Positions 1-10,002 are shown, counted from the stretch's first letter. The stretch: DNA of 56,451 nucleotides from a virus (IMGVR_UViG_3300005663_000052:1-56451); one strand, 5' to 3'. Notes: generated from the letters alone by a model not told the origin. Numbers and translations are program-made.

Positions 1-435
1 CTGCGGTCCGCCGCCTTGGAAACGGATCGTCTCCTGCCAGAGCAACAGAGTCGCCTGTGAGTCGAGCCATTCGGCCTCGAGCGCAATCGTGTAGTTGCGA
101 AAGGTCGAGTACTCGGCACCCTTGCCCTGCGGAAAGCTGGGGGGTGCGATCACGCGCACCCCGCCGTTCGTGTCGGCACTGGTGATCTGGTGGCTGGTCG
201 GTTGCCCGTTGTCGAGGTAAAAACCGACGTCACGGGCCTGAATCGCGTAGGCCGCGGTCAAGGCGTCGATGGCGGCCGTCAATGCGGTTTGATCGACCGC
301 TTGCAGCAAGCCCTGAATGTCCCACCGCTCGCGGAGCCCGCGCACGATGCCCGCTTCGCTGAAGACCCGCTGTTTGGAGATCACCACCGAGGCTTCGCCG
401 GCCGCGTGCTGGTAATTGCCGTATTTCAGGTACAT
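1..435 (-). CDS. Tail-associated protein downstream of tape measure (3' end runs off window)
   Basis: Not in the ORF track. ATG at 435 opens MYLKYGNYQHAAGEASVVISKQ...FQGGGPQ with no stop to position 1; distal-tail gene position. Confidence 0.7.
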   Translation of the reverse strand, partial: MYLKYGNYQHAAGEASVVISKQRVFSEAGIVRGLRERWDIQGLLQAVDQTALTAAIDALTAAYAIQARDVGFYLDNGQPTSHQITSADTNGGVRVIAPPSFPQGKGAEYSTFRNYTIALEAEWLDSQATLLLWQETIRFQGGGPQ

Positions 436-520
436 TAGGAGGGGTTGACAATTGTGGGGGATGTGGGAGAATGGATATAGGTCAATTCATGGGAACATGA
501 AATGCCAAGGGGGAAACATC

Positions 521-1342
521 ATGTCTGGATTCGACGCATACCACAAATGGCTGGGCATTCCGCCAAAAGAACAGCCCCCCAGTCATTACCGACTGCTTGG
601 AATTGCTCTTCACGAATCCGATCTTGACGTTATTGATCATGCAGCCGATCAACGCATGATCCATCTTCAGACGTTTCAGATGGGTGAACACGGTCATGTT
701 TCTCAACAACTCCTCAACGAAGTCTCTGCCGCCCGAAAGTGTTTGCTCGATTCCGCCAAGAAACGCCATTACGACGAAGGATTGAAATGCCAGGCACCAC
801 GAAACGAGGTGCAACCGAAATCATTCTGCCCTCTCTGCAAGGAATCAGTGCATCCGGAAGCGATCAAATGCCGTCACTGTCAAAATCACATCCCGCCGAT
901 TCCTCCCCTTCCGGCTGAAGTCCTTGCTGCCGAGCCAGTTGTCTTTTCTGAATTGGTTCCCGAGCAGGTGGAGAGTGGACCACAACGCTCGGTTTCCATT
1001 TGGAATCGTTCTGTCAGTGATTGCTTGGTTGATTTCAACGTATGGCTCTTCTTGAAAACTGCACGGACCATAAAACGAATCGCGAGACTCTTTACAAAGA
1101 AGAAAGAAGATTGCGACATGGATCTTGAACAAATTCTCCCAGGATCATCAGCATTACACATTGATGAAAAAGACATATTGTCGGAACAATTCCCCATGTT
1201 GTCGGCATTTAATGACGAACCGCAAGCAAAGCCGCCAGCACAGTTTCCCGATGCCAAACTCATCTATCCACCTTATTCTGAAAATCCCATGACGAAATCT
1301 CCTCCCATCATCCGGGAATCTCGGCCAGGCGAATTGCGTTAG
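521..1342 (+). CDS. Planctomycete-type 'FDxYHKWLGIPP..HYRLLG' (J-domain-like) protein with zinc ribbon; moron
   Basis: N-terminal motif FDAYHKWLGIPPKEQPPSHYRLLGI typical of Planctomycetes; CPLC..CRHC; the only convincing plus-strand phage gene. Confidence 0.8.
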   Translation: MSGFDAYHKWLGIPPKEQPPSHYRLLGIALHESDLDVIDHAADQRMIHLQTFQMGEHGHVSQQLLNEVSAARKCLLDSAKKRHYDEGLKCQAPRNEVQPKSFCPLCKESVHPEAIKCRHCQNHIPPIPPLPAEVLAAEPVVFSELVPEQVESGPQRSVSIWNRSVSDCLVDFNVWLFLKTARTIKRIARLFTKKKEDCDMDLEQILPGSSALHIDEKDILSEQFPMLSAFNDEPQAKPPAQFPDAKLIYPPYSENPMTKSPPIIRESRPGELR

Positions 1343-2997
1343 TTCAAGGTCAGCGCCTTTGTCTGTTCAGCTCTTTCGTTTTCTAAATTCTGAACCGCCT
1401 GCTCAATGATCTTTATCCGTCGCAGATTGTCTTCTGCAATAGCATCTTTGACGGCCTGAGAAATCCGCTGGATTTCTTGTTCTGAATCTTGCCGGATGAT
1501 CTTGATGTTTAGGTTTTGTTGCTGAAGATTCACTTCGAGTCGCAGGACGTCTCGGCGAGCCTGGTCGGCCGCAGCAAGAAATCCGCTGTCGAAGAATCCC
1601 CCTGCACCTGCCCGCAAGGATTCCTGGCGAAGGCCCGCCGAAACATCCTTGTCGAAATCCTCCATCCCCAATCCCCGGAACTTTCCCAATTGTTGCAAAT
1701 CTCGGGTTGTTGCCGTTCCTCGATGTAGCTTTTTGCGAGCACCAATGAGTCTCTGGCGTTCAAATGAAGTCATCGAAAGAAACCGTTCCAATCCCTTTTG
1801 CCCACCTTTGGCAAGTTGCTCAGTCTTCTGAAGTTGCTGCTTGAGCAAGTCAACCTTTTCTCGGGCTGAACGAAGGTCGATACGGGCAGTTTCCTGGACA
1901 GTTGTTTTGATCTGCTTGTAAACATCGAGTACTGCTTGAAACGCAACCGCCTTGGCTTGCGGTCCCTGGGCCTGTTGTAGATTGGCCGTTGCCCCTGCTA
2001 GATCTGTCGGTGCGCGTAGGCCAAGTTGTTGAGCACGTAACACAGCAAGCTGAGTGTTAATCTTCCCAACGGCCACTTCCGTCGTCACCTGGGCTTCTTT
2101 CCTTTTGATTTGACGATCAAGGTCACGTTTCGAAAATACTTCAGCCCGGAACGGATTATCGGGATCACTGCCTTCTCGCTCAATTGCTTTTAGAGTTTTG
2201 ATGCTCGCAAAACCTTGACGCCATATATTTAGGCGATGGAAAACGCCAGCAACCTTTTCCGTAATAGTCCCTGGACCTTTTTTGCCCTCCGATTTTCGAA
2301 CAGCCGTTTCAATTGAGCTTGCTGCTCCTACCAATGCCACGCCCGCCGCCAAGAGAACTCCGCCGGCCATAACGACAGAACCAAATCCGCCAGCACTAAT
2401 TGCCGCCGTTCCGCCTGCGCCAGCAGCACCAGCAACAACACCACCACCAAAACCGTATGAGACAACATTGCCAGCAGACGTTGTGAGAGCGACGTTTCGA
2501 GCACCAGTCGCGGCCGCCAGTGCCGCCTGACTTGCTGCTGCTGCCTGCGATACAGCCGTGAATGCCCGCATCGAACGGGAGAGCTGTGCAAACATCATTA
2601 TGCCGCCACCGAGAATGTCAAAGGCAGCTTGGATTTTCACCAGGCTCTTTAACATCTTCGCAGCATCTTCCTCGGAACTTGCAAAACTCAACGCGACGCC
2701 ACGGCCGAAACGAAGGGCAGCGGACAACCCAGTGACCAACTCGCGGCTGAATTGTTCCGTGGCTGTGCGAGCACGAATTGTGGCCCTTTCGGCCTGCCTC
2801 ATTGCCTTATCCGTTGCCGAAGCAGTTTCCCTGACGGCCTTGGTGGTGGTACTGGTGATCGCCCGCGTGGCCTTTTCGGCCTGGGCCGTTGCATCCCCAG
2901 TCACCTTCCGAATCTCAGCAGACGCATTGGCAGCCTGACCTTTGTCGACCTCCAGCTTCAGCCGAATAATCACTTCGCGTTCGTGTTCTAGTGCCAT
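1339..2997 (-). CDS. Tail tape measure protein
   Basis: 552 aa, Ala/Gly-rich and helical with hydrophobic middle segments; follows the chaperone pair. Confidence 0.85.
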   Translation of the reverse strand: MALEHEREVIIRLKLEVDKGQAANASAEIRKVTGDATAQAEKATRAITSTTTKAVRETASATDKAMRQAERATIRARTATEQFSRELVTGLSAALRFGRGVALSFASSEEDAAKMLKSLVKIQAAFDILGGGIMMFAQLSRSMRAFTAVSQAAAASQAALAAATGARNVALTTSAGNVVSYGFGGGVVAGAAGAGGTAAISAGGFGSVVMAGGVLLAAGVALVGAASSIETAVRKSEGKKGPGTITEKVAGVFHRLNIWRQGFASIKTLKAIEREGSDPDNPFRAEVFSKRDLDRQIKRKEAQVTTEVAVGKINTQLAVLRAQQLGLRAPTDLAGATANLQQAQGPQAKAVAFQAVLDVYKQIKTTVQETARIDLRSAREKVDLLKQQLQKTEQLAKGGQKGLERFLSMTSFERQRLIGARKKLHRGTATTRDLQQLGKFRGLGMEDFDKDVSAGLRQESLRAGAGGFFDSGFLAAADQARRDVLRLEVNLQQQNLNIKIIRQDSEQEIQRISQAVKDAIAEDNLRRIKIIEQAVQNLENERAEQTKALTLN

Positions 2998-3365
2998 TAC
3001 CTACTCGCCATCACTTCGATAATTGCTCTCGCCTGACTCCGTTGATAGACGTCGAACATCTGCTGGATGATTCCAAAGTTCTTTCGGGTAATGGGGTCGT
3101 CAACTGGCCCACCAGCAGCTTGATGTTCGTGGAACCGCTGTAGCGTTTCCTGATTTCTTCGATTGAGAGTGTTCCGTTGGCCAACTGCCGGCGAAGGCGT
3201 TTTCTCATCTTGGCATTTGGGGCAGGCACGGCACGGCGGCTTGACGTGCTGAGGCCGCCTAACAAACCTGGTTCCCCGTTTGTTTCGCTGCCAAGTTTTA
3301 CTATCGTACATCCAGTGTTTGCAGTCATCGCACGTTGGGACATTGGGATGGGCTAGCAGAATCAC
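2997..3365 (-). CDS. Tail assembly chaperone C-terminal extension (lambda gpT-like, reached by -1 frameshift)
   Basis: In the -1 frame of the upstream chaperone after a slippery site; CxxC motifs; directly before tape measure. Confidence 0.75.
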   Translation of the reverse strand: MILLAHPNVPTCDDCKHWMYDSKTWQRNKRGTRFVRRPQHVKPPCRACPKCQDEKTPSPAVGQRNTLNRRNQETLQRFHEHQAAGGPVDDPITRKNFGIIQQMFDVYQRSQARAIIEVMASR

Positions 3366-3832
3366 TAGCCCGGTTCTGAGTTTTTTTCCGCCACTGTCTC
3401 GCGAGCAACGCCAATGGGAGCCGGCATGGCATGGGCAACCTCTTCGATTGCCACCTGCTCGGTCGCCTCGTCATCATCCCACTCGGGATCAAGGTCACTG
3501 GCCTCGGTGCCCAGCAGAATGGCCCACAGCCGATAGAACAGAATCGGCTTCAACCGCCGGGCCACATCCACAGTCACCTTGATCTGCCCGCCCTTGGCAT
3601 CCCGCAAATCCCAGGACACAAGATGTTCAACCAACGCCTGGGCGATCGAAACATCCCGCTTCTCTTCCGCCATTTCCTGCTGAGTTCGCAACAACTTGCT
3701 CCGTGCCTCGGCAATGAATGGACGAAACTCGAATCGAAGATCACCATGGAGTCCAGGACTGCCTTTGATGAATCCTTCCTCCGTGTATCCATCGTCGGGA
3801 ACGTAACTGAGCGGCTGGTGGTTGCTGTTCAT
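3365..3832 (-). CDS. Tail assembly chaperone (lambda gpG-like)
   Basis: Between tube and tape measure; LVSWDL motif; ends with EKN slippery codons; ATG overlaps the tube stop (ATGA). Confidence 0.8.
   Translation of the reverse strand: MNSNHQPLSYVPDDGYTEEGFIKGSPGLHGDLRFEFRPFIAEARSKLLRTQQEMAEEKRDVSIAQALVEHLVSWDLRDAKGGQIKVTVDVARRLKPILFYRLWAILLGTEASDLDPEWDDDEATEQVAIEEVAHAMPAPIGVARETVAEKNSEPG
3380..3386 (-). other. -1 programmed frameshift slippery heptamer A AAA AAC
   Basis: GAA AAA AAC; a -1 shift gives EKKLRTGLVILLAHP, continuous with ORF 2997-3365. Confidence 0.8.
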
Positions 3833-4650
3833 GTTCTCTTGATCTCCGGTGTGGTTGAAACTTTCCTGGCAACCCAATCCATGGTAAATGGAATGGGGCC
3901 TTTGTCACGGACTTCTGGTGAATTGAGGGGAGCCTGGAGTCGGCCAAACGTATATGTGCGGGTGTTCGTCCCGTCACTGATTGTCAGCACTCCCGCCGCT
4001 CCGGCAACTACGGCTGCATACAAGCCGGACGTGTTGCTGGACCAGGTATGTTCTGTCCGCAAAGTGACAATTCGATCGCCTTCTGGCATATCCAACCGCG
4101 TGCGGGAATTGGCAAAGCGATCTTTGACAAGAGCGTTGTCAACTACCAACTCGAATCCCTCGATTTCATAGCCCGTCCCACTGTAGCTGAATGTGATGTT
4201 GGAGAATGCAAACAGGGCGGCGTCGGCCGGTTCGGACGGAGCACTGCCCGTGGCACTCTCACTTCGCGCCTCCATGTCCATCGTCAATTCGAGCAAGTCT
4301 CCCTTGCGGCCACGCATCGTCAACCGATCAACTTGCGTGTTCGCATAGGTGTAGACGTCATCGCCCTTGTCGATGATGAGTGGAGCTTCGCCAATTGTCT
4401 CTGCGGGAGTGCCAGCAGCACCAATGGCGTACAGCTCGAAAAGGTTCAGCTCAGCATTGGTTGGATTGCAAATGATTTGGCCGCTGGAAGTATTGGTGCC
4501 GAGAGCTACATCCAAAGACTCATGCGTCCGTGTCCCTCGCATCCCATCACGTTCAAGATGCGTCTCGTGCTTGGCCACGGTACACCAGCCCATCACGGAA
4601 GTGCCGGCATACGAAAACTTCTGCTGATGGCCCATGCGAACTGTAGTCAT
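3829..4650 (-). CDS. Major tail tube protein
   Basis: 273 aa, beta-rich, immediately upstream of the chaperones. Confidence 0.75.
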   Translation of the reverse strand: MTTVRMGHQQKFSYAGTSVMGWCTVAKHETHLERDGMRGTRTHESLDVALGTNTSSGQIICNPTNAELNLFELYAIGAAGTPAETIGEAPLIIDKGDDVYTYANTQVDRLTMRGRKGDLLELTMDMEARSESATGSAPSEPADAALFAFSNITFSYSGTGYEIEGFELVVDNALVKDRFANSRTRLDMPEGDRIVTLRTEHTWSSNTSGLYAAVVAGAAGVLTISDGTNTRTYTFGRLQAPLNSPEVRDKGPIPFTMDWVARKVSTTPEIKRT

Positions 4651-4662
4651 GGCCGTACCCTC

Positions 4663-5178
4663 CTATGAATTCCGATTTTCTCGGCTTGTGAATTTGAGTA
4701 AGTGGCCGGATGCCCAGAAATTATTGAGCCAGTGGTGCTGGCTTACTGGCGGCATCGGTACCACGGCACACGTGTTGACGGTTGTTATGTTTTGTAGCCG
4801 CTTGGAATGGAATGCCTTGCGGATTTCCTGCAACCAGAGCAGATACTTATTGATGTTGGCCGCCAAAGTTCTTTCCTGATTGTCGTCGTCTACTACGTTG
4901 ACTCCCACGCCGTAGACAATGTCGTCTTGGACGTTACTGCCCGCCGTAGGGTTGAGCACTGATTGTTCTGGTGTGATGATGATGATCGGATAGCTCAAAC
5001 TGTCATTGTCCTTCGTCCGTTCCAACGGCAATTTCTTGACAACAATGCTGGCCGATGCCACGCCTGCCAATCCGAGATTCCGAATGATCGTTTGGACTTC
5101 AGTCAAACACTGATTGTGAATCGCACCGGATGCGTCCACGTAGCTCTGTACCCAGTGACTTGAATGCCAATGTCCCAT
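4663..5178 (-). CDS. Putative tail terminator/completion protein
   Basis: Position before the tube; YPIIII motif; typical size. Confidence 0.55.
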   Translation of the reverse strand: MGHWHSSHWVQSYVDASGAIHNQCLTEVQTIIRNLGLAGVASASIVVKKLPLERTKDNDSLSYPIIIITPEQSVLNPTAGSNVQDDIVYGVGVNVVDDDNQERTLAANINKYLLWLQEIRKAFHSKRLQNITTVNTCAVVPMPPVSQHHWLNNFWASGHLLKFTSRENRNS

Positions 5179-5184
5179 GATTGC

Positions 5185-5727
5185 CTACGAAATCGTGCTC
5201 GCTGATCGGCTGCCGTCGGCTGTCCCGTAAGTCACTCGCCTCCGTTCGTTGCCACTGCGATCCTTGAATGCTGCTTGATTGGCTGTATCGGTATTCGTAA
5301 CGCCGCCGAGAACGGCATCCATCACCTCCAAGTAATCGTAGACACTATTGGCTGTTGGACTTGCCGGCATGGCCGTGTTGAGAACGTTGCTCACTACGGT
5401 TGTTTGTTCGATGAATGCACTCCCGTCCCACTCGACCACCCCCGGGCCACCAGTCACCGGGAAATCACTCTCGGCCAACGAACCGCCCGCCTGCTCGACG
5501 ACATAGGCCGAATACTGTCCAGCCGCGGCACTCGGAAACGGAAATGTGTAGATTCCCAGACTGCCAATTTCCGTCCCGGAAATCGCGTTGTTCGCAACAT
5601 GCGAGGAATCATACGTCTGAAACGAATCTGTTCCAGTCGTGCTCCACAATTTCCCGGTACTATCCAGCACAACCATCGACGTGTTGGTGATGCCGCTGCG
5701 TAGGCCGATGTTGAGTTTGTTGCCCAT
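5185..5727 (-). CDS. Hypothetical virion protein
   Basis: 180 aa Ser/Thr/Gly-rich ORF in the structural operon. Confidence 0.6.
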   Translation of the reverse strand: MGNKLNIGLRSGITNTSMVVLDSTGKLWSTTGTDSFQTYDSSHVANNAISGTEIGSLGIYTFPFPSAAAGQYSAYVVEQAGGSLAESDFPVTGGPGVVEWDGSAFIEQTTVVSNVLNTAMPASPTANSVYDYLEVMDAVLGGVTNTDTANQAAFKDRSGNERRRVTYGTADGSRSASTIS

Positions 5728-5730
5728 GGG

Positions 5731-5886
5731 TTACCTAGTCCGCGGCCCTACCGAATTATGGTCATCAAGTAACCGCCGAACACAACAGAGGATCAGGTAC
5801 GGGAGTCCGTAAATGGCAATGCGTATCAGCCAAATAAGACACGCAAGGCACCTGACCAAGAACTCTATTTCATACCACGCTTTCAT
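5731..5886 (-). CDS. Small hydrophobic protein (51 aa)
   Basis: MKAWYEIEFLVRCLACLIWLIRIAIYGLPYLILC...; bounded by a duplicated 16-bp RBS/start segment. Confidence 0.45.
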   Translation of the reverse strand: MKAWYEIEFLVRCLACLIWLIRIAIYGLPYLILCCVRRLLDDHNSVGPRTR

Positions 5887-5897
5887 GGGTCACCTAG

Positions 5898-6305
5898 TCA
5901 GGGCACAGCGACAAATTCGGTTTTGTCAACGGGAATATCAATAGCTTCCTGAGCCGCCCTCACTCTTGTACGACGCTGCGGTTTCCAGATCATCTCCTCC
6001 TCGATAAACTTCTGCACCCACTGGCGTGATGTGTAGAGATCGTCGCCTGTACCTGCCTCTGTCGGGATCGGGTGCCGTCTCTGGAATGTAGAGTAGAAGG
6101 CGGCTTGCTTGCCCTGTGGAATACGGAACGTAATGCTGTGATCCCCCGGGACGGCTGCCGCGACAACGGGAGCCATCGTGGTCAACGTCTGCGTTGGCGG
6201 GGAGGCGTTCAGCCTTCCCAGCCAGGCCGTCAAGGTCACAGACAGGGCCACAACTACAAGGACACCGGCAAGAACAACGCCTTGAATTCTCATCTCTCTC
6301 TGCAT
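5898..6305 (-). CDS. Membrane-anchored hypothetical protein
   Basis: N-terminal hydrophobic helix; GGGAG RBS. Confidence 0.6.
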   Translation of the reverse strand: MQREMRIQGVVLAGVLVVVALSVTLTAWLGRLNASPPTQTLTTMAPVVAAAVPGDHSITFRIPQGKQAAFYSTFQRRHPIPTEAGTGDDLYTSRQWVQKFIEEEMIWKPQRRTRVRAAQEAIDIPVDKTEFVAVP

Positions 6306-6346
6306 TTCATTCTCCCTTCGACTTGCTGGATGGTGAGGGTCATCTT

Positions 6347-8443
6347 TCAGTCACCAATCCTGAATGCGTCAAAACTGACTGCATGGACCGTTAGGTTCGT
6401 CGTTCCGTCGAGGTTCGCTACGTACAACGCCAGCACATCGCTACCTGCAAGAACGTGTAGACCTGTTGCTGAGATTGCTCCTAAAGTAGCGCCCCTTACT
6501 TCCCGATGGACTACCATGTTGCCCGGGTATTCGATTGTCACGTTGCCCGTGGGTGTGCCCTCGTCATAGTCACCATTTCCAGTTGTCGCCGAGCCGTCTA
6601 GGGCGACGATCTCAAACGTGTCGTCGGCTTTGCTTGCAACAATGAATGAACCGTTCGCAGCCGTGTTTACCAGCACGCCTGCAATCTCAACCATGTCGCC
6701 ATTTTCCAGACCGTGCGCCACGGAGGTAATCACGATGGGAGTGACGAGATCGTCTGTGACATTCGTGATATCCAAGGGCACGGCAAGGGTAATGCCCAAC
6801 ACGATTACCATTTCCTTGTCAGCCCCACCGGTTGCCGTTATCGAAGCGTGAAACGATATTTCATACTCTCCGTCGGCAATGGAAGAGAGGGTCAAGGTGT
6901 TTGCGGCCGCAGAGCCAACCAAGTGTGCCAAGTCGTCTTCGTTCCCAACGACCGCGAAAGAGTCTATCTTAGTGAAGGCGTTTTGCGTTGAGATTGCCAC
7001 CTCAACTGTGCCGGCAGCGTGAAACCAGATATTCGAGAAAGCATCGCCATGCAGAAGGTGGTTTCCACCGGCCCCATCTTGGAAGAACAACTCATTGTCG
7101 GACGTGGTCCAGAGCTTGGCGTAGTTCGTATCGGCCGTGGGTGTGGTGGTTTCTTTGAGGGTGAGAAGACCGGCTTCGATCGAGAGGCCGGCCATGTTGG
7201 CTGTAGGGATGAGGCCGATGCCGACATTGCCATTCGCATCAATGACCATCCTGAATGTATCATTTGTGTAAAAGTGTACGTCTCCGTCTTGGCGATTGAT
7301 GAAACAAATGTTATCATTGCTACTTGACATACTTCCGAGATACCAAAGCTGTGTATTCGTATTATAGGCACTATGTCCTGTGATTACTGAATTAGAAAAT
7401 TGAGCAGTCCCATCACCAGTTACATGAAAATGACCACTAGGGAAACCACCGACATTTCCTGGCAAAGCACCTTTAACTTCTAATGGAGCGTTTGGAGAAG
7501 CTGTCCCAGCCCCAAAATTGCCTCCCATGAAAGCAAACGTCCCCGACGTAATCGTGTGCAGTGCGTCTGTGTTGGGGTTGTCCCACTGGATCGTGTAGTC
7601 CGTGGCCAGACCGAACTCTAATTGTTGGTTGTCTGCGGGAAGGGAGATGTTTGTAGTCGCACCGTCGATGATTAGAGCAGAGGTATTCGACCCGCCGTCG
7701 TTGACCTGGAAGATAATGTCGCCGTCCAGGAGGAGGTGCTTCAGAACCAGTTGAGTTGCACTCTGGGTTATTGTTGAGGCGACAGTTCCACTGCGAAGTC
7801 TGAGTGTTGCAACCTGGCCAGTCACGGCTTCAACCTGAAAGTCTGTACCAACGCCGGCCGTCATCCCCTGCACTACTAACCTGTCATTGCCGAGATTTTC
7901 ATCTAAGAACACGTTGATCTGATTCGCGGTGTTGGTCGTCTTGAAACTCAGCGTCGGGTCAGAAGCCCCGCTAGTTTCCAGGCGAAGTTCCGTGCTGGTA
8001 GCCGAGACGAAGTGGCCTAACGTATCCGGTGAGGATGTTCCCACACCCAGTTGAGCGTTGAGGATCTCTATCTCGTCATTGCTGTCGTCGAATACGATCT
8101 GCCCCTTACCGGAACCTGCTCCTATCCACTTGCCGTTGGCCATCGTAACATCGCCGCCGATGCTGATGGTGCCGGAATCCAAAACCGTGAATATCGGGGT
8201 GCCGTTGTCTTGAATGATGAAGTCTTGAGTACTCGTCAAATTGAAAATGATATCAGTCGCATTGACAGTGATCGTCCCGCCCGCCCGGTAAGCCCGATCC
8301 AACGTGGGGATGGCTGGAATGCCGAACTGCGGGATCACAATGACAAGGGAGTCTTGCGGAATCACAACTGGCAGGACGACAGGATCCGCCCCCCAGGCAT
8401 TCCCGGCCAACAGCAAAACAACAGCGACTATCAAACGTCTCAT
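6347..8443 (-). CDS. Tail fibre-like protein with signal-peptide-like N-terminus
   Basis: Repeated G(N/Q)xGxGTxSP fibre motifs; C-terminal ITSVAHGLENGDMVEIAG beta-barrel motif; starts MRRLIVAVVLLLAGNAWG. Confidence 0.7.
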   Translation of the reverse strand: MRRLIVAVVLLLAGNAWGADPVVLPVVIPQDSLVIVIPQFGIPAIPTLDRAYRAGGTITVNATDIIFNLTSTQDFIIQDNGTPIFTVLDSGTISIGGDVTMANGKWIGAGSGKGQIVFDDSNDEIEILNAQLGVGTSSPDTLGHFVSATSTELRLETSGASDPTLSFKTTNTANQINVFLDENLGNDRLVVQGMTAGVGTDFQVEAVTGQVATLRLRSGTVASTITQSATQLVLKHLLLDGDIIFQVNDGGSNTSALIIDGATTNISLPADNQQLEFGLATDYTIQWDNPNTDALHTITSGTFAFMGGNFGAGTASPNAPLEVKGALPGNVGGFPSGHFHVTGDGTAQFSNSVITGHSAYNTNTQLWYLGSMSSSNDNICFINRQDGDVHFYTNDTFRMVIDANGNVGIGLIPTANMAGLSIEAGLLTLKETTTPTADTNYAKLWTTSDNELFFQDGAGGNHLLHGDAFSNIWFHAAGTVEVAISTQNAFTKIDSFAVVGNEDDLAHLVGSAAANTLTLSSIADGEYEISFHASITATGGADKEMVIVLGITLAVPLDITNVTDDLVTPIVITSVAHGLENGDMVEIAGVLVNTAANGSFIVASKADDTFEIVALDGSATTGNGDYDEGTPTGNVTIEYPGNMVVHREVRGATLGAISATGLHVLAGSDVLALYVANLDGTTNLTVHAVSFDAFRIGD

Positions 8444-8444
8444 T

Positions 8445-8948
8445 TCACAACCCCAGTGCAACTTGCTCAATCAAAGCATCAGCCACAATCTCCGCACACT
8501 TGTCTGCTGACTCTTCACTCACTCCGAAATACGGCCGGGCGAGAATTCCCGGGCTTCCTACCTCCTTGTCCCCAGCGTAAATCCGCAAAGCAGCCGAGAG
8601 ATTCTGCCTGCGTGTTGCGTCACCAAACTCATGCCGCCGAATCCCCGCCCGGCTGGTTCCCGTCGGTCCCTCCGGCATGATCTTGGTGAGCACCTTGCCG
8701 TCAGACACCGTCCCGACACTGTAAATGGCCGCCACCAATAAATCCCCGTCCATGATCAGCAATGGATGCGTCGGTTTCGGATCCTTCCGCAACGGCCATG
8801 CTTCGCCCCGGGCCGTCCTCGACTGCCGGAAGTTGTCTTCGATGCCCGCCTGCAACACAACATCGCACCGTTCCAGGGCCTCGGTATTCTCTTCACCGAA
8901 ACTCGCCGCAATCCGCTCAACCTTCCCTTGGAATTCTTCGAGATTCAT
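8445..8948 (-). CDS. Virion morphogenesis / tail completion protein
   Basis: F..SR...GEAWPL, HEFG and ARPYFG motifs. Confidence 0.75.
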   Translation of the reverse strand: MNLEEFQGKVERIAASFGEENTEALERCDVVLQAGIEDNFRQSRTARGEAWPLRKDPKPTHPLLIMDGDLLVAAIYSVGTVSDGKVLTKIMPEGPTGTSRAGIRRHEFGDATRRQNLSAALRIYAGDKEVGSPGILARPYFGVSEESADKCAEIVADALIEQVALGL

Positions 8949-9271
8949 TTCTCTTGCCTGCACAGGCACCGCCAGCGTGTACCCAACGTATCCTTGGAAA
9001 CCGACAGAATCGTAAAGACGACACTGCCACTATCAGTGATCGTATCGCCGGCAACGGGCACAATCGCCGTAGTGTTCGCCTGAAGATGAAAGGCAACATC
9101 CCTGGCTTCGATGCCAGCCGGAAAACCGAGTTGGACTTCCCGATGGGAGAGTGCTCGGCGGAGAGCGGTGACTGACGTATCAGTCGTGTCGGCCGACGCA
9201 TCGTAAAGAGTGACGGTTTCTATGCCGTCCATTGTGGCCAGATCAGAAGCGATGTCGGTGGCTAAAGTCAC
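8945..9271 (-). CDS. Head-tail adaptor / head closure protein
   Basis: 108 aa; PxxGDTI motif; neck position. Confidence 0.65.
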   Translation of the reverse strand: MTLATDIASDLATMDGIETVTLYDASADTTDTSVTALRRALSHREVQLGFPAGIEARDVAFHLQANTTAIVPVAGDTITDSGSVVFTILSVSKDTLGTRWRCLCRQEK

Positions 9272-9287
9272 GTCGAGTATCTCTCAG

Positions 9288-9506
9288 TCAAACCAAGCCG
9301 AGAGTCTCCACCTCGAACGGGCCTCCCGACGCGGCAATTTGCTTGTTGACTTCCTGGAGCTGGCCCCACATCATCCGGTACCAATCGTTGTAGTTCACCG
9401 TCTGACCGTCGATCGAATAGCTCACCTTCGGACTGCTCGATTCACTCGCCAGTTTCGTGAGAATGTTGCTCCGAATGGTCGCCAGGTTTTCAAGGTCACT
9501 TGGCAT
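9288..9506 (-). CDS. Head completion protein (gpW-like)
   Basis: SYSIDGQTV motif; 72 aa. Confidence 0.7.
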   Translation of the reverse strand: MPSDLENLATIRSNILTKLASESSSPKVSYSIDGQTVNYNDWYRMMWGQLQEVNKQIAASGGPFEVETLGLV

Positions 9507-10002
9507 CTTCTCGCATCGTCTTGATGGCCGTACGAATGATCTCCAGATCATCAGGCACCAAGCCCGGCACGTTGCCAAACTTCTTGCCGGACCGAGCAAA
9601 GTCGATGATCTTGTCAACGGTAATGAGTTTTGCATCCCGCAACCCCTCGACTTGCCGGTCATCCAAGCCGAATTCCCTCAGTAACTCCAACTCATCCACG
9701 GGCGGCACTGGAGTAGGCTCGGCGGCTGATTCCGTCGTCTGCCCCACGGCCCGGTCGATGGCCTCCTGAGCTGAGGTCGGCAGTGCCCCAGGCTCGGAGG
9801 CCACCTTGCTGGGCTGCTCTTGGAGGAGTTGGGCTTCGACGGCAATCGGGCCATGGTCCGGATGATCCTTCTCCCACTTGTCGAGCCGCTGGATCTCCCG
9901 AAACTGCCGAATGGCATCGGCGTCGTTCTCGGCATGGTCAATGAAGTTGTTGATCTGACCGGCCGGTGGCCGACTCGCCGTGCAACTGTATTTGCCGGGC
10001 AC
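9496..10002 (-). CDS. Hypothetical protein with C-terminal helix-hairpin-helix-like region
   Basis: GTG start overlapping the capsid stop; acidic linker, then GLDDRQVEGLRDAKLITV...VPGL. Confidence 0.55.
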   Translation of the reverse strand: MPGKYSCTASRPPAGQINNFIDHAENDADAIRQFREIQRLDKWEKDHPDHGPIAVEAQLLQEQPSKVASEPGALPTSAQEAIDRAVGQTTESAAEPTPVPPVDELELLREFGLDDRQVEGLRDAKLITVDKIIDFARSGKKFGNVPGLVPDDLEIIRTAIKTMREDAK

